DNA of 38,460 nt from a virus (IMGVR_UViG_3300029142_000015:1-38460); one strand, 5' to 3'. Positions 26,880 through 35,965 are shown, numbered from the stretch's first letter. Numbers and translations are program-made. The notes: generated by a model from the sequence alone, not told the origin.

Positions 26880-27544
26880 TTTAAAAGTGGGTCAGATATT
26901 AATTCGAAAGCGGCTTCGTGATCATACACGATTGCCTTGAACTTAGCACGCACGCCCGCAGCCCGCTCTACAAAACCTGCCCGGTAACGCGCGATTTGGC
27001 TAAATATTTTTATCGCTGCTTTTGTTTTTAGTGGCACTATACCAGGTGGGTGTTTTTTAATGGTAGCCGGCAAGTCTGGCTTGAAGTCGCCTACCTCCAC
27101 GGTGCTATCGGGCAACACGCTTAGGTCGTCGGCAACACCGTTCCAGTCTTCACCCCAAACCGGCACCTCTGTGGCCAACAACGTAGGGTCCACGTTGTGC
27201 AAGTGTTGCTGTACTTTTTGGTGTTGGTATTCTTTCCAGCAGCCGTATTTGGCTTGTTTGGCGTACTGCACTTTTGGGTGGGATTCCAGGCGCCTTACCA
27301 CGAAGTCCGAAGCTTCGTACACGTCACCGTTACGAGACTCTTTAGGTCGCTCTGGTATACCGTTTTCAAATGCGTCGGTTAAGTGGTGACACAAAAGCCT
27401 TATGTGCTCTGGTATGGACCATCGCCCAGAAATGCGTGCATCGAAAATAGACGCGTAAGTCGTGAACTCATGCGTACCCACGTAGTCGGCACCACGTGGG
27501 CGCTTTAACATACGAATGATTTGTTCGGTATTTTTAAACGACAT
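26876..27544 (-). CDS. PD-(D/E)XK nuclease
   Basis: ATEVPV, G.AD, VGDFKP, QIARY RecB-like motifs. Confidence 0.7.
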   Translation of the reverse strand: MSFKNTEQIIRMLKRPRGADYVGTHEFTTYASIFDARISGRWSIPEHIRLLCHHLTDAFENGIPERPKESRNGDVYEASDFVVRRLESHPKVQYAKQAKYGCWKEYQHQKVQQHLHNVDPTLLATEVPVWGEDWNGVADDLSVLPDSTVEVGDFKPDLPATIKKHPPGIVPLKTKAAIKIFSQIARYRAGFVERAAGVRAKFKAIVYDHEAAFELISDPLLK

Positions 27545-27656
27545 CTACTTGTGCGTCATCGATTAAAAGTTCTTCGGCTAAGAAAGTTTCTAAAGCACGC
27601 GCTACTTCACGCGGTGCAAGTTCACCTTCGGTAAATTGAATGCTAAGGTTAATCAT
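27534..27656 (-). CDS. Acidic 40-aa protein (not in ORF track)
   Basis: MINLSIQFTEGEL...AQVDVV; ATGA coupling upstream, overlap downstream. Confidence 0.5.
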   Translation of the reverse strand: MINLSIQFTEGELAPREVARALETFLAEELLIDDAQVDVV

Positions 27657-27862
27657 AGCACGCCAGCGTTAGGACGTGTGTTGAGCACACGCTGCAGCAA
27701 ATTGCGGCCTTCCATTTCTTTTAGTTGATTTGAAAGGCTACGGCGCTTTGCACGGGCTATGGACACAGAAGTTTCCAAACTGCGTCGGTGCGCGTTTATC
27801 TTCAAAGCCGCCACTAAAAGCTCCGGCTTGTTGAGCTTCTTTAATTCACGATCCTTGTACAT
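27653..27862 (-). CDS. Basic coiled-coil hypothetical protein
   Basis: Likely start MYKDRELKK at 27862, behind a C-rich leader. Confidence 0.6.
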   Translation of the reverse strand: MYKDRELKKLNKPELLVAALKINAHRRSLETSVSIARAKRRSLSNQLKEMEGRNLLQRVLNTRPNAGVL

Positions 27863-27881
27863 GGGGAGTGGGGTGTGGTAA

Positions 27882-28001
27882 TTAAAAGGGGAGGTCGTCG
27901 TAATAGGCAGGGTCATCGGCTGGAGCCGGTGGCTGCTTCAGTCCAGTATTAGGGATCAATCGATCACCTTCACGACGAATATACTGAAATGCGTTTACTT
28001 T
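27882..28001 (-). other. -1 frame extension of the SSB ending in DDLPF
   Basis: From A-AAG at 28001-27998 the -1 frame reads KVNAFQYIRREGDRLIPNTGLKQPPAPADDPAYYDDLPF-stop. Confidence 0.65.
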
Positions 28002-28522
28002 GCGGCCCCTGCGCCCCCGTAAGCTTCATCAACCACGAGTGGTCCAAGCTTTTCGAGAATAGGAGCAGTGTCGCCTGTGAACGGCATTACTGAGTCAATA
28101 GCGTCTCCTAGGGATCCGTCTTTCTTCTCCCAGTTCGTCACTTGCACCGTACAGATTTGTCCGAGTGCTTTTGCCATGTCTGGCTTTGGAACCATTGGGT
28201 CTACACCAACAGCCTTCAAGATTTGACCACTATTAGTCATCTTGGTTTGACCGGCGTGCATGTAACAACTTCGGATGTTACACTTCTTGGTAAGCACTTT
28301 CTTACCAGCTTCGAACTCAGTTCCGTCCAACGCCTTGAGCGGTCCGCCCGTTACGTCTTGAGCTAGTTCAAATTTAAATACTGCAGCGGGCTTAACCTGA
28401 CCTGCGTATTCAGTGGTGCCTTCTTCGATCGCAATGATACGAGCGGCATATAGGCCTTCAGCAAGAGCAACGTACTCGCTAGAGCCGCCTTGCAAAGCCT
28501 CTGTGTTGTCGATTTCCAACAT
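27995..28522 (-). CDS. Single-stranded DNA-binding protein (DUF669/OB-fold-like)
   Basis: ALAEGLYAARIIAIE, FKFE, LGQICTVQV pattern; replication context. Confidence 0.7.
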   Translation of the reverse strand: MLEIDNTEALQGGSSEYVALAEGLYAARIIAIEEGTTEYAGQVKPAAVFKFELAQDVTGGPLKALDGTEFEAGKKVLTKKCNIRSCYMHAGQTKMTNSGQILKAVGVDPMVPKPDMAKALGQICTVQVTNWEKKDGSLGDAIDSVMPFTGDTAPILEKLGPLVVDEAYGGAGAAK

Positions 28523-28612
28523 ATGGAGTGGAGGTTTAAATTATACAGACGCGTGCATTACGAGTACAGACGATGAAGCGGAATTTCGTAACACACACGC
28601 CCACATAATTTC

Positions 28613-28927
28613 TTATGTAGAGCGTTGCTTATTCTGTAAATAGATTTTAAGGATCAAGGAGTACACCGCCAAATCACGTAGAGTGTCGGTGATCGCCTCA
28701 TCCTTAACTTGGGCGTCTGCTTTCAATAGGTTCGAAATGCGGCCCAGTTTGTCTGTCATCCGAACAACGATTCCCTGTTCTACAGAACAAAGTCCGATGT
28801 GGTCAACAATGCGGAAGTTACGAAAGGCATCTTCGAGACCAGCGTAATCCGCGTTTTTGCGCGAAGTTAAATCGAGCATCGCGTCGAGCTCTTGCTTAAA
28901 AGCAGTCTTATATTGTTTTTGATCCAT
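28613..28927 (-). CDS. DUF1599-like nucleotide-modification-associated protein
   Basis: KNADY, RMTDKL.RI.NL, DE.I.DTL.DLA.Y. Confidence 0.75.
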   Translation of the reverse strand: MDQKQYKTAFKQELDAMLDLTSRKNADYAGLEDAFRNFRIVDHIGLCSVEQGIVVRMTDKLGRISNLLKADAQVKDEAITDTLRDLAVYSLILKIYLQNKQRST

Positions 28928-29111
28928 TAGGGAGTGGTTTTAAATCTTTTTCGCGAAAATAGGTTCGCTTTTTACCAGCTATGTGTGAAGCGGATTCTGC
29001 AACCGCGTACATGTATTTACCTTCGGCTGTACACGCAAAAGACGCGACTGTTCCGACTTTACCATCAGGTAAGACAACGCGATCAAACGTTTTGAAACGT
29101 GGTTCAGGCAT
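28908..29111 (-). CDS. Small SH3/KOW-like protein
   Basis: Likely start MPEPRFKTFDRV at 29111; G.V...Y.V...F.E.DL. Confidence 0.6.
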   Translation of the reverse strand: MPEPRFKTFDRVVLPDGKVGTVASFACTAEGKYMYAVAESASHIAGKKRTYFREKDLKPLPNGSKTI

Positions 29112-29145
29112 AGCGTGGTAATTTGGAGTGGAGGGGAGGGCTAGA

Positions 29146-29307
29146 CTAATAGTCCATAGAGCGAACGCCGTGTGAACCGTCATAGCTTGGCGTGCGGTAC
29201 GGATCTTTATTGGCTTGAGCAAAGCCCCACAGAATAAGTACGATCAGAATGAAGATCGCCACGGCTGTTTGGGAATTGCCCTTTTTGGGGTCTTGCTGAT
29301 TAGTCAT
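29146..29307 (-). CDS. Single-pass membrane protein, 53 aa (not in ORF track)
   Basis: MTNQQDPKKGNSQTAVAIFILIVLILWGFAQ...SMDY. Confidence 0.6.
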   Translation of the reverse strand: MTNQQDPKKGNSQTAVAIFILIVLILWGFAQANKDPYRTPSYDGSHGVRSMDY

Positions 29308-29313
29308 GCTTCT

Positions 29314-29342
29314 ATCTTATAGGGTCTAAGCATATAAGTCAA
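29314..29342 (-). promoter_or_regulatory. Internal promoter giving a leaderless transcript
   Basis: TTGACT(29342-37)-17-TAAGAT(29319-14), 6 nt before ATG 29307. Confidence 0.6.
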
Positions 29343-29395
29343 TACTTTTTCTTTTAGGCGTACGGAAAGCACGAAAGTGCAAATTCGAGTCTGTA

Positions 29396-30244
29396 CTAGA
29401 AAGCCCCATAATTAACTTGGTAACAGGATAAACCTTTCTGTCGCCACATTTCTACAACTTGATCACGGTCATCGTACACTGCGATAATATTGTAGCGTGG
29501 ACGTATGTATTCTTCGAACAATTCTTCTTTAATCACCGAATCCTTACGGTTATCGCCTGGTGCACGTAGGTACAGCTCGTCATACGGGATGTTGTGTGTG
29601 GCAAGCCATTCTTGTGTTTCAGGCTTACAAATACCATCGCGTCCGCTTAGGATGATAATTGTATACCCCATTGCTTTTGCGGTTCGAAGGGTGCGGACTA
29701 CGTTGGCGTCAACTGAATCTTCACCTACACGACCCCAGTCGTATGGACCTCGCTTTTGCATGTGTGCTAACGTGCCATCGAGGTCAAATATGTAAGCGTC
29801 TTCTAGGTCCGGATCAAACGTATATTGCTCGGGCGGTGGAGCTAACCATCGGTCGTGCATATCTTTAATAACATGGGCTCCAACCGAACGCTGGCGCTGC
29901 AAGTCACGAGAAACACATTCACCTACACTGGCTTCAAAAAACTTAACGGTCACTCGCGCTTGCCCTTTGACCAAAGCACGAATGTGCGCCTCGTGTTTTG
30001 GGTGTAAATTCGTGTCATCTACTATCACGTTTTTGCCATTTTGCAACGCGTCCAAGATCAAGGTATCGCGCGTCTGTAAGACAAATTTCTCGTTATCTCG
30101 ACTCCATTTGCCGCCATCTAACATGGCACGTAAATCGTCCTTATTTATACGCTTGTATTGTCCGGGGTGTTCTGCTAGTTGCTTCCGAGCCCAGGTTGAT
30201 TTTCCGCTGGCTGGGAGGCCCTTTAGTATGATTACGTTTTTCAC
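29396..30244 (-). CDS. Polynucleotide 5'-kinase/3'-phosphatase (T4 PseT-like)
   Basis: GLPASGKST, INKDDLR, DDTN kinase motifs; DLDGT, SGR, RKD...K, YDDR HAD motifs. Confidence 0.95.
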   Translation of the reverse strand: MKNVIILKGLPASGKSTWARKQLAEHPGQYKRINKDDLRAMLDGGKWSRDNEKFVLQTRDTLILDALQNGKNVIVDDTNLHPKHEAHIRALVKGQARVTVKFFEASVGECVSRDLQRQRSVGAHVIKDMHDRWLAPPPEQYTFDPDLEDAYIFDLDGTLAHMQKRGPYDWGRVGEDSVDANVVRTLRTAKAMGYTIIILSGRDGICKPETQEWLATHNIPYDELYLRAPGDNRKDSVIKEELFEEYIRPRYNIIAVYDDRDQVVEMWRQKGLSCYQVNYGAF

Positions 30245-30480
30245 CAGTTTGGGGGCTTAGATTCAATTACCTCTACTTCTATTTCTTCACCCGCCTTTGC
30301 GGCATCAAAGCCAGATTTTATATATGCAATGATCTCATGGCCGTCTACCAGATCTCGCCCAATGCAGGCATCTTCCGGCTCACCTCCGCCAATTGTCCTG
30401 CCATTCTCCTCATCGCCAATAACGATATAGTGACGGCGTGCATACCAATCATCCTCCCATGTGTAAAGTTTAATTTGCAT
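30241..30480 (-). CDS. Hypothetical acidic protein
   Basis: 79 aa; GEPEDA; GTGA coupling to PNKP. Confidence 0.65.
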   Translation of the reverse strand: MQIKLYTWEDDWYARRHYIVIGDEENGRTIGGGEPEDACIGRDLVDGHEIIAYIKSGFDAAKAGEEIEVEVIESKPPNW

Positions 30481-31105
30481 CTGTAAAGTGTTCTTTAATT
30501 TTTAATAAAATTCTGTGCGCTTTAGCTTTCGCTTCTACACTTGGCGCTAAAGCTACGGACTGCTCTGCGAAGTGCAGTGCTTCGTTGTAACGCCTGGCGT
30601 CGTGAGCCACCACTGCAGAGTCCAACCATATGAGGTGTTCTGCTGGTGCTATTTCACGAGCCTGAGCCAAATACAGTAAACCTCGATCAACCTGACCCAA
30701 GTACGCAGTGGACCACCCCAGGCAACGTAAAAGTTCTGGGTGATTCGGACACGCATGTTCAGACAAATGAAATAAATCAATTGCTGTTTTGTGGTCTCCG
30801 CGAGTCGAATAAAGAAAGCCTAACAGGTACAACGTGTTTGGTGCAGCCGGGTAAAAACCAAGGGCATACAACAGGGCTTTTTCGCAAGCTTCGTGCTGAC
30901 CCAAAGCTAAATAATTGTCACCTAATTCTTCATAGTATTCATACCTTTCATAAAGTGAGTCATAGTGCGACACTAGAAAATCCACTGCTGCCTGGTGTTG
31001 ACCGCGACACTTGAGTAAGTCGGCCTCTTGTAGAAGCAAGTCTGCGGGTTCAGGTGGATGGAAATCATCCCACGGATTGATCGCCTGCACTGCTGTTGAC
31101 ATCAT
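30470..31105 (-). CDS. TPR-repeat protein
   Basis: Several LG..Y...G....A.......P repeats. Confidence 0.8.
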   Translation of the reverse strand: MMSTAVQAINPWDDFHPPEPADLLLQEADLLKCRGQHQAAVDFLVSHYDSLYERYEYYEELGDNYLALGQHEACEKALLYALGFYPAAPNTLYLLGFLYSTRGDHKTAIDLFHLSEHACPNHPELLRCLGWSTAYLGQVDRGLLYLAQAREIAPAEHLIWLDSAVVAHDARRYNEALHFAEQSVALAPSVEAKAKAHRILLKIKEHFTDAN

Positions 31106-31331
31106 ACTTTTCTGCTTTAATAAGCTGTTTGCGCAAATATTGATAAAATGCTTGTTTCAAATAACCTTTCACGCGATCAATGTCGCGTTTTGTGGCTGCG
31201 TCACCGGTGTACGCAAGGAGCGTTCCGGTTGGAAGCCACGGTTTTGCATAAATTTTAACAACATGCTCGACGTCTTTCGCTTCTTGGAAGCGATCAGGTG
31301 AACAATAAACAATTGTGACTGGGTTACTCAT
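31065..31331 (-). CDS. Hypothetical protein
   Basis: 88 aa between ligase and TPR genes. Confidence 0.6.
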   Translation of the reverse strand: MSNPVTIVYCSPDRFQEAKDVEHVVKIYAKPWLPTGTLLAYTGDAATKRDIDRVKGYLKQAFYQYLRKQLIKAEKYDVNSSAGDQSVG

Positions 31332-32223
31332 AAACTACAGAGTTAAAACCTGCTAACAGGTCGTGGAATAAACGGGCTGCTTTTCGCTGACAAACCTTTG
31401 CTAGAGTCTTGAAGTTCAGCGTGCCAACTTTCTTTTGGATCGCCCAAATCTCTTCTTCCAACAGGTCATGGTAAGCTGTGTTAATGACACGGCCGGTGTG
31501 CTCGATACCAACGCCCCCTTCAATCGTAGCGTTAAGCTTTTGCACTACCTTTTTAACGCGTGGTAAGGTCATCCATTTGTTCATGACATAGATTTCCCAG
31601 TAAGAATCACTGTGCTTGTTGTTGCCGCCGAAATTTACAGCGTTGGACTCCTTAAATGATTCGGTGACGATCTTTGCATACTGGTGCGCACCGAACTGGT
31701 TTATAAAGTTTGGATTCTTAAGCACCACGCCTTCGCCGGATTTACCTAGCACCGACTTACCCACGAACTCTTCAAGCTGTTCCGGCGTAGGGTTAGTAAA
31801 GCGCCCATGGTATTCTGGCACGTCAAACGACCATGTTTGCGCAAAAGCATTTACGGCCGGCAGGTCCAACCACGTTTCACCATCGAACACAACGTCAAAC
31901 AAATAGAATTTACTGTACGCACTATCATCGTAGCGTATTGTGTGTGGAACCAACCACTCTCCGTAAAGGCGGGCGGTTGGGTGCTGTGTAAACAAGTCTA
32001 CCAACGTAGAGCTGCGTTCTTGTTGCCATTCGCGGAAGCCTCGAAAGGATTCATCTGGCGGCAAGTGCCTTCGGCGGGAACCGATTTGGATGGCGTCGTT
32101 ACTAAACCAGATTGAGGCGTTAGCACCGTCAATCTTTTCTTGGACGTAAACGTCACCTTCGAGAATGCCCGCCGTTTCGGCTGTACCTAGACGGCGGATC
32201 TTTGGATACTGTTGAAAGTCCAT
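31324..32223 (-). CDS. ATP-dependent RNA ligase, Rnl2-like
   Basis: EKIDGAN (motif I), GSR, LYGEW, FYLFDV, EGVVLK, AK; helical C-terminal domain, no OB fold apparent. Confidence 0.85.
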   Translation of the reverse strand: MDFQQYPKIRRLGTAETAGILEGDVYVQEKIDGANASIWFSNDAIQIGSRRRHLPPDESFRGFREWQQERSSTLVDLFTQHPTARLYGEWLVPHTIRYDDSAYSKFYLFDVVFDGETWLDLPAVNAFAQTWSFDVPEYHGRFTNPTPEQLEEFVGKSVLGKSGEGVVLKNPNFINQFGAHQYAKIVTESFKESNAVNFGGNNKHSDSYWEIYVMNKWMTLPRVKKVVQKLNATIEGGVGIEHTGRVINTAYHDLLEEEIWAIQKKVGTLNFKTLAKVCQRKAARLFHDLLAGFNSVVYE

Positions 32224-32225
32224 GG

Positions 32226-33011
32226 TTAAGCTTCTTTAGCGCAGCATTCAGTTTCTACAGCAGCTACCAAGCCCTCAATTGTTTGGACGAATTTAGGGTG
32301 CTTCATGGCTTCACGCAAAGTTTCTTGCATACCGCCAAATTGTTCGGTCAATGCAGCAATGTACTTGTCACGCTCTGCTTTAAGCGCACCAATTGTGTCG
32401 CTTTGAATTTCGAGCATTATTTGAGTTTCTTCCATGCGTGCGTTTGCAACGGCAAGTTCGGTTGCCTCTTGCTTGAGCTCTTTGCGTAGTTTCACTTCAA
32501 CGTCTTGCTTGAGTTTTTCTTTGCCTTCGGCTACCTTTTCGTCGAAAGCTTCTACACTCTCTTCTAGCTCAATAAGGGCTTCTTCAATAGCCTCTTCACG
32601 CTTATCTAGTTCAGACTCACGCATAACGAAACGGTCGTCCATAGCTGCCTCGCGTTGTTGAAGATCTTCACGGAGTTCTGCAACTTCGTCTTGCTCTACT
32701 TTAAGCTTACGCTTAGACCAAAGTTCTTTTTGAAGTTTATCTATGGCTTTGACAAGGCCCGCACGTTCTGCGGTCATTGCTGACAGCCCTTCGCTGTAAC
32801 GCTTGGTTACCTCTTCGGCGATCCCACGTAGGAACGCATAGCCGTCAGTCACTACTGGCTTAGCTCGGAAAAACGTTTTAACATTTTCAATCCCATCTGG
32901 GGTGTCATCTTCTATTTCCCAAGATACACCTGAATACGCCCAGCGCAATACGTCAGTAACGACGTCATACACCTCGACGCGAGTTGGTTTTTTTTTGACT
33001 TTTTTAGTCAT
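32226..33011 (-). CDS. Coiled-coil protein
   Basis: Likely start MTKKVKKK at 33011; long E/K-rich heptad region. Confidence 0.7.
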   Translation of the reverse strand: MTKKVKKKPTRVEVYDVVTDVLRWAYSGVSWEIEDDTPDGIENVKTFFRAKPVVTDGYAFLRGIAEEVTKRYSEGLSAMTAERAGLVKAIDKLQKELWSKRKLKVEQDEVAELREDLQQREAAMDDRFVMRESELDKREEAIEEALIELEESVEAFDEKVAEGKEKLKQDVEVKLRKELKQEATELAVANARMEETQIMLEIQSDTIGALKAERDKYIAALTEQFGGMQETLREAMKHPKFVQTIEGLVAAVETECCAKEA

Positions 33012-35304
33012 GGTTGTGGAGGTTAATAAATTTTGTGGTTTGGCATCCAGTGCACGATACTTGCAAGCCCCCATTCGACCGGTGGGAGACAAACGCGCTT
33101 GGATTAGAATCATCGTGCCCCGGGAAGGGACAACGTATCGGTGTGGTTTTTTGGTCGTCTTGTGGTAAAGACGAAATGTAAGAAGCTGCGTCGTGGGCTT
33201 GGCCACGAGCGTCGTACAAAGTAAAGTTCGGCATCGTTCTTTCACTAGAAGCTACTCGGCGTTGCAAAGGAGTGCCCGAACCACTTTTGGCCCGAGCTAA
33301 GCGTAAGTTTTCTTCTGCTTGTACTCTTTTCAAAAGTGCTTTGACCGGGAACAGGCGCCCTTCGTTCGTTTGAACGGTACAACCAGGTGCTCCGTAATAA
33401 GTGCGGGCTGCATCCTTACAAGCTGGGTCGCTACCAAAACGTTCGGTCATAGCTTGCATAAACAAGCGGAACTCCGCGCGATCGGTAAATTCATAGTCAC
33501 CATATAAGATGAGCCGAAAGCGGTCGTGCACCACACCATTCTTTTCTTTTTGGTGTGATTTCGTCGTGGCTAAAACATAAGAATACGGTTCGAATTCTTT
33601 AGCAACTTCCGCTAAAGTTGGCCCATCGTCAAAGTCCAAAATGATTAAAGCAGCTCGTTCGAAATTGTCCTGCTTACGCTTTCCATCTTTAAATACACAA
33701 GCGCTGTACAGGTATTCTCCGCGCAACACGGTCAAAAGCTCCGTCCGTCCGTTCACCTCCTGGAAACCTTCGCTTTGCGACGGATCTAAACCAGGGCGAT
33801 AGCTAAAGTAATCCTTTGGAGCTTCGGGCAGTGCGGCCACCGGTTCTTCGTCCAAAATACTATCATCGGCTGTTGCCAGTCTACAGGTATAGAAATCACG
33901 TTTCCGCACTTTGTGGTGCTCTACCACGAGACCCATGCTGCGAGCTTCAGGTGCTACTTCCGACATCATCAAGTCAAACACAGGCTCCTGGAAAGATCGC
34001 TTTGGCAAACCCCGGAATGTGGGCAGATCCATTAAGTCTAGCGCGCTTGCTCCTTTGATCCCCTTTTGCTGCAAAAACGAAATCACCTGATTCGTGTTCG
34101 AGTAAGCAGATTCGTCAAAGAAACGTTTAGCGGATTCAAATGAACGACGCACAATACCGTGTGCTTGTTTTAAGTCCGCAAGCGTAACTACGAAATTACG
34201 GTCCGCATGATTGAAAATAGCCAACAACGTCGCAACCCGTAAAGTTTTACGATCCAGGTCGCTTTGTAGCGCACACATTAAATCTTTGTGTTCACTTGCT
34301 GCAGTTTGATCACGATAAACTTGTAACGCACGGGCAGCACGTTCGCATTCGGCATCATACCAAGTGCGGGCTTCAGGCGTTAAAGTGATGATACGTTCTG
34401 AACCTGGTGTACCTGCGAACTGTTCATGCATCCACTCGGTCAGTTCTGTAATTTGAGCAGAAAATGCTTCAACATCGTCAACCGGAGGTGGGGTGACATT
34501 ACGCAATTGAACTGTTTCGTTTGACTCACGAATCAAGAAACCACGACGGCCAATTGATTTAAGTACAGCGCGCTTGATGTCTTCCTTTTGACGTGAGTCA
34601 GGATGAGCCAAAGTGAAGTATAAAGTAATGCCCATGCCTTTCGAGCCAGGTGTTGCTTGGCCACGATCCTTAATAGATTTAGCGGTGAGTTCGTCGTAAT
34701 CTACCAGCTCCAGCATTCTGTTGTAGAACGACTGCAAATACGCAGCACGCTTCATCAGCGTGAGCTTGTCGCCGTATTCGTCAACACGAATCGTAGGAGC
34801 ACCAAAAGAGAGCGAACCTAAATACGCTCGATCAAACGCAAAACCTTCATAAGACCCGTCGTCCGGGGTGATCATGGAGAGCTCACGTTTACGCGAGTTG
34901 TATTTAGTAATAAGTTTTTTACGTTGCTTTTCGTTCTTCTTTGCGTCGGCCGAGCCTTCGACCACCGGAAATTTCAAGTGCACATCTTTGACGTATTCAT
35001 CGTAACGGCTGCATTCTTGGTCGAACAAATAACCCATTGCCTGACGGAATGGTGAACCAAATACATGCTTTTGCATAAAGCGGTAAGCGGCGTTTTTACC
35101 CGTTCCGGTGGGTGCTTCTACCAGGGTGAGCGTAGAAGGGAATGTTGTTTTGTATGGCCCTTCCTGTACGCGGATACGCCAGTAGTTCACCCAGGTGGAA
35201 ATTAGCGATAGCGCTTGGAGCTCCACCATTGCTGTAGAAGCGGTGGAAGCTCCGGCTACCTGCGACGCGTATTCAACAAGTTGTGTGAAACGATCTTTAT
35301 TCAC
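33004..35304 (-). CDS. Helicase-primase fusion (DUF3987-like ATPase + AEP primase + Zn finger)
   Basis: APTGTGKN and IRVDE; IILDFDD, TTKSH, RFRLIL, D.ACKD.AR; C-terminal CPFPGHDD.NPS...CTGC. Confidence 0.75.
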   Translation of the reverse strand: MNKDRFTQLVEYASQVAGASTASTAMVELQALSLISTWVNYWRIRVQEGPYKTTFPSTLTLVEAPTGTGKNAAYRFMQKHVFGSPFRQAMGYLFDQECSRYDEYVKDVHLKFPVVEGSADAKKNEKQRKKLITKYNSRKRELSMITPDDGSYEGFAFDRAYLGSLSFGAPTIRVDEYGDKLTLMKRAAYLQSFYNRMLELVDYDELTAKSIKDRGQATPGSKGMGITLYFTLAHPDSRQKEDIKRAVLKSIGRRGFLIRESNETVQLRNVTPPPVDDVEAFSAQITELTEWMHEQFAGTPGSERIITLTPEARTWYDAECERAARALQVYRDQTAASEHKDLMCALQSDLDRKTLRVATLLAIFNHADRNFVVTLADLKQAHGIVRRSFESAKRFFDESAYSNTNQVISFLQQKGIKGASALDLMDLPTFRGLPKRSFQEPVFDLMMSEVAPEARSMGLVVEHHKVRKRDFYTCRLATADDSILDEEPVAALPEAPKDYFSYRPGLDPSQSEGFQEVNGRTELLTVLRGEYLYSACVFKDGKRKQDNFERAALIILDFDDGPTLAEVAKEFEPYSYVLATTKSHQKEKNGVVHDRFRLILYGDYEFTDRAEFRLFMQAMTERFGSDPACKDAARTYYGAPGCTVQTNEGRLFPVKALLKRVQAEENLRLARAKSGSGTPLQRRVASSERTMPNFTLYDARGQAHDAASYISSLPQDDQKTTPIRCPFPGHDDSNPSAFVSHRSNGGLQVSCTGCQTTKFINLHNHD

Positions 35305-35965
35305 TGTCGAGATTGCTTAACAATTCATCGATAGCGCCAGCCATTTTGGGTGCGGTAACACCCTGGAAGGTGAGTTGCGCCTGGAGCTCACGCCCGTAAG
35401 CGGTAAGCTTTCCTTCAACGTCCACCACTTTGTACTTGCGGCGTAGGCGAATGTTTTCTGGAACGTCCATTGCGGCGTTCATGATATTTTTTTGACTAGC
35501 GTTTGTGTCGCAGTCGGTATGTCGTTGTTCGGTAGACATAGGTGTGGGGGTTAATTGTTTTCTAATAAAAGCAAAAAGGGAGTACATGTACTCTGGACCG
35601 GTGAGTTTCTTAGCATTGGAAAACAAATCGGTATCCGTAATAGTGTCGTTGAAGGCAACGTGCACTTCATTTTCAGTTGGCTGGAAGTGCACGTTACAGC
35701 CGAAATATCGCTTTAAACAAGCGATAAGAGCGTTAATATAGCGGGAAGGGTAACTATCAAAATCCACGTCAACATCGCGGAGCTTCGCTGGTAGGCGTAA
35801 GCCTGGAGGAAGGTGTAGCAGCTTCAAGGAGCTGCGACCGGCGGCCGCATTTTCAAAACCTTCACACCACACAAATGGTGCGTCGCTACTGGCTTCGGCC
35901 AACAAGTTGATTCTCCCAGTTAAGTCCGTGCACAAAGCACCAATTTCTACGTCTGATTTATTCAT
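35297..35965 (-). CDS. Hypothetical protein
   Basis: 222 aa, coupled to neighbours. Confidence 0.7.
   Translation of the reverse strand: MNKSDVEIGALCTDLTGRINLLAEASSDAPFVWCEGFENAAAGRSSLKLLHLPPGLRLPAKLRDVDVDFDSYPSRYINALIACLKRYFGCNVHFQPTENEVHVAFNDTITDTDLFSNAKKLTGPEYMYSLFAFIRKQLTPTPMSTEQRHTDCDTNASQKNIMNAAMDVPENIRLRRKYKVVDVEGKLTAYGRELQAQLTFQGVTAPKMAGAIDELLSNLDSE

Noticed and set aside
26876-27544. Cas4
   Set aside because: PD-(D/E)XK core is present but the four-Cys Fe-S cluster pattern is absent.
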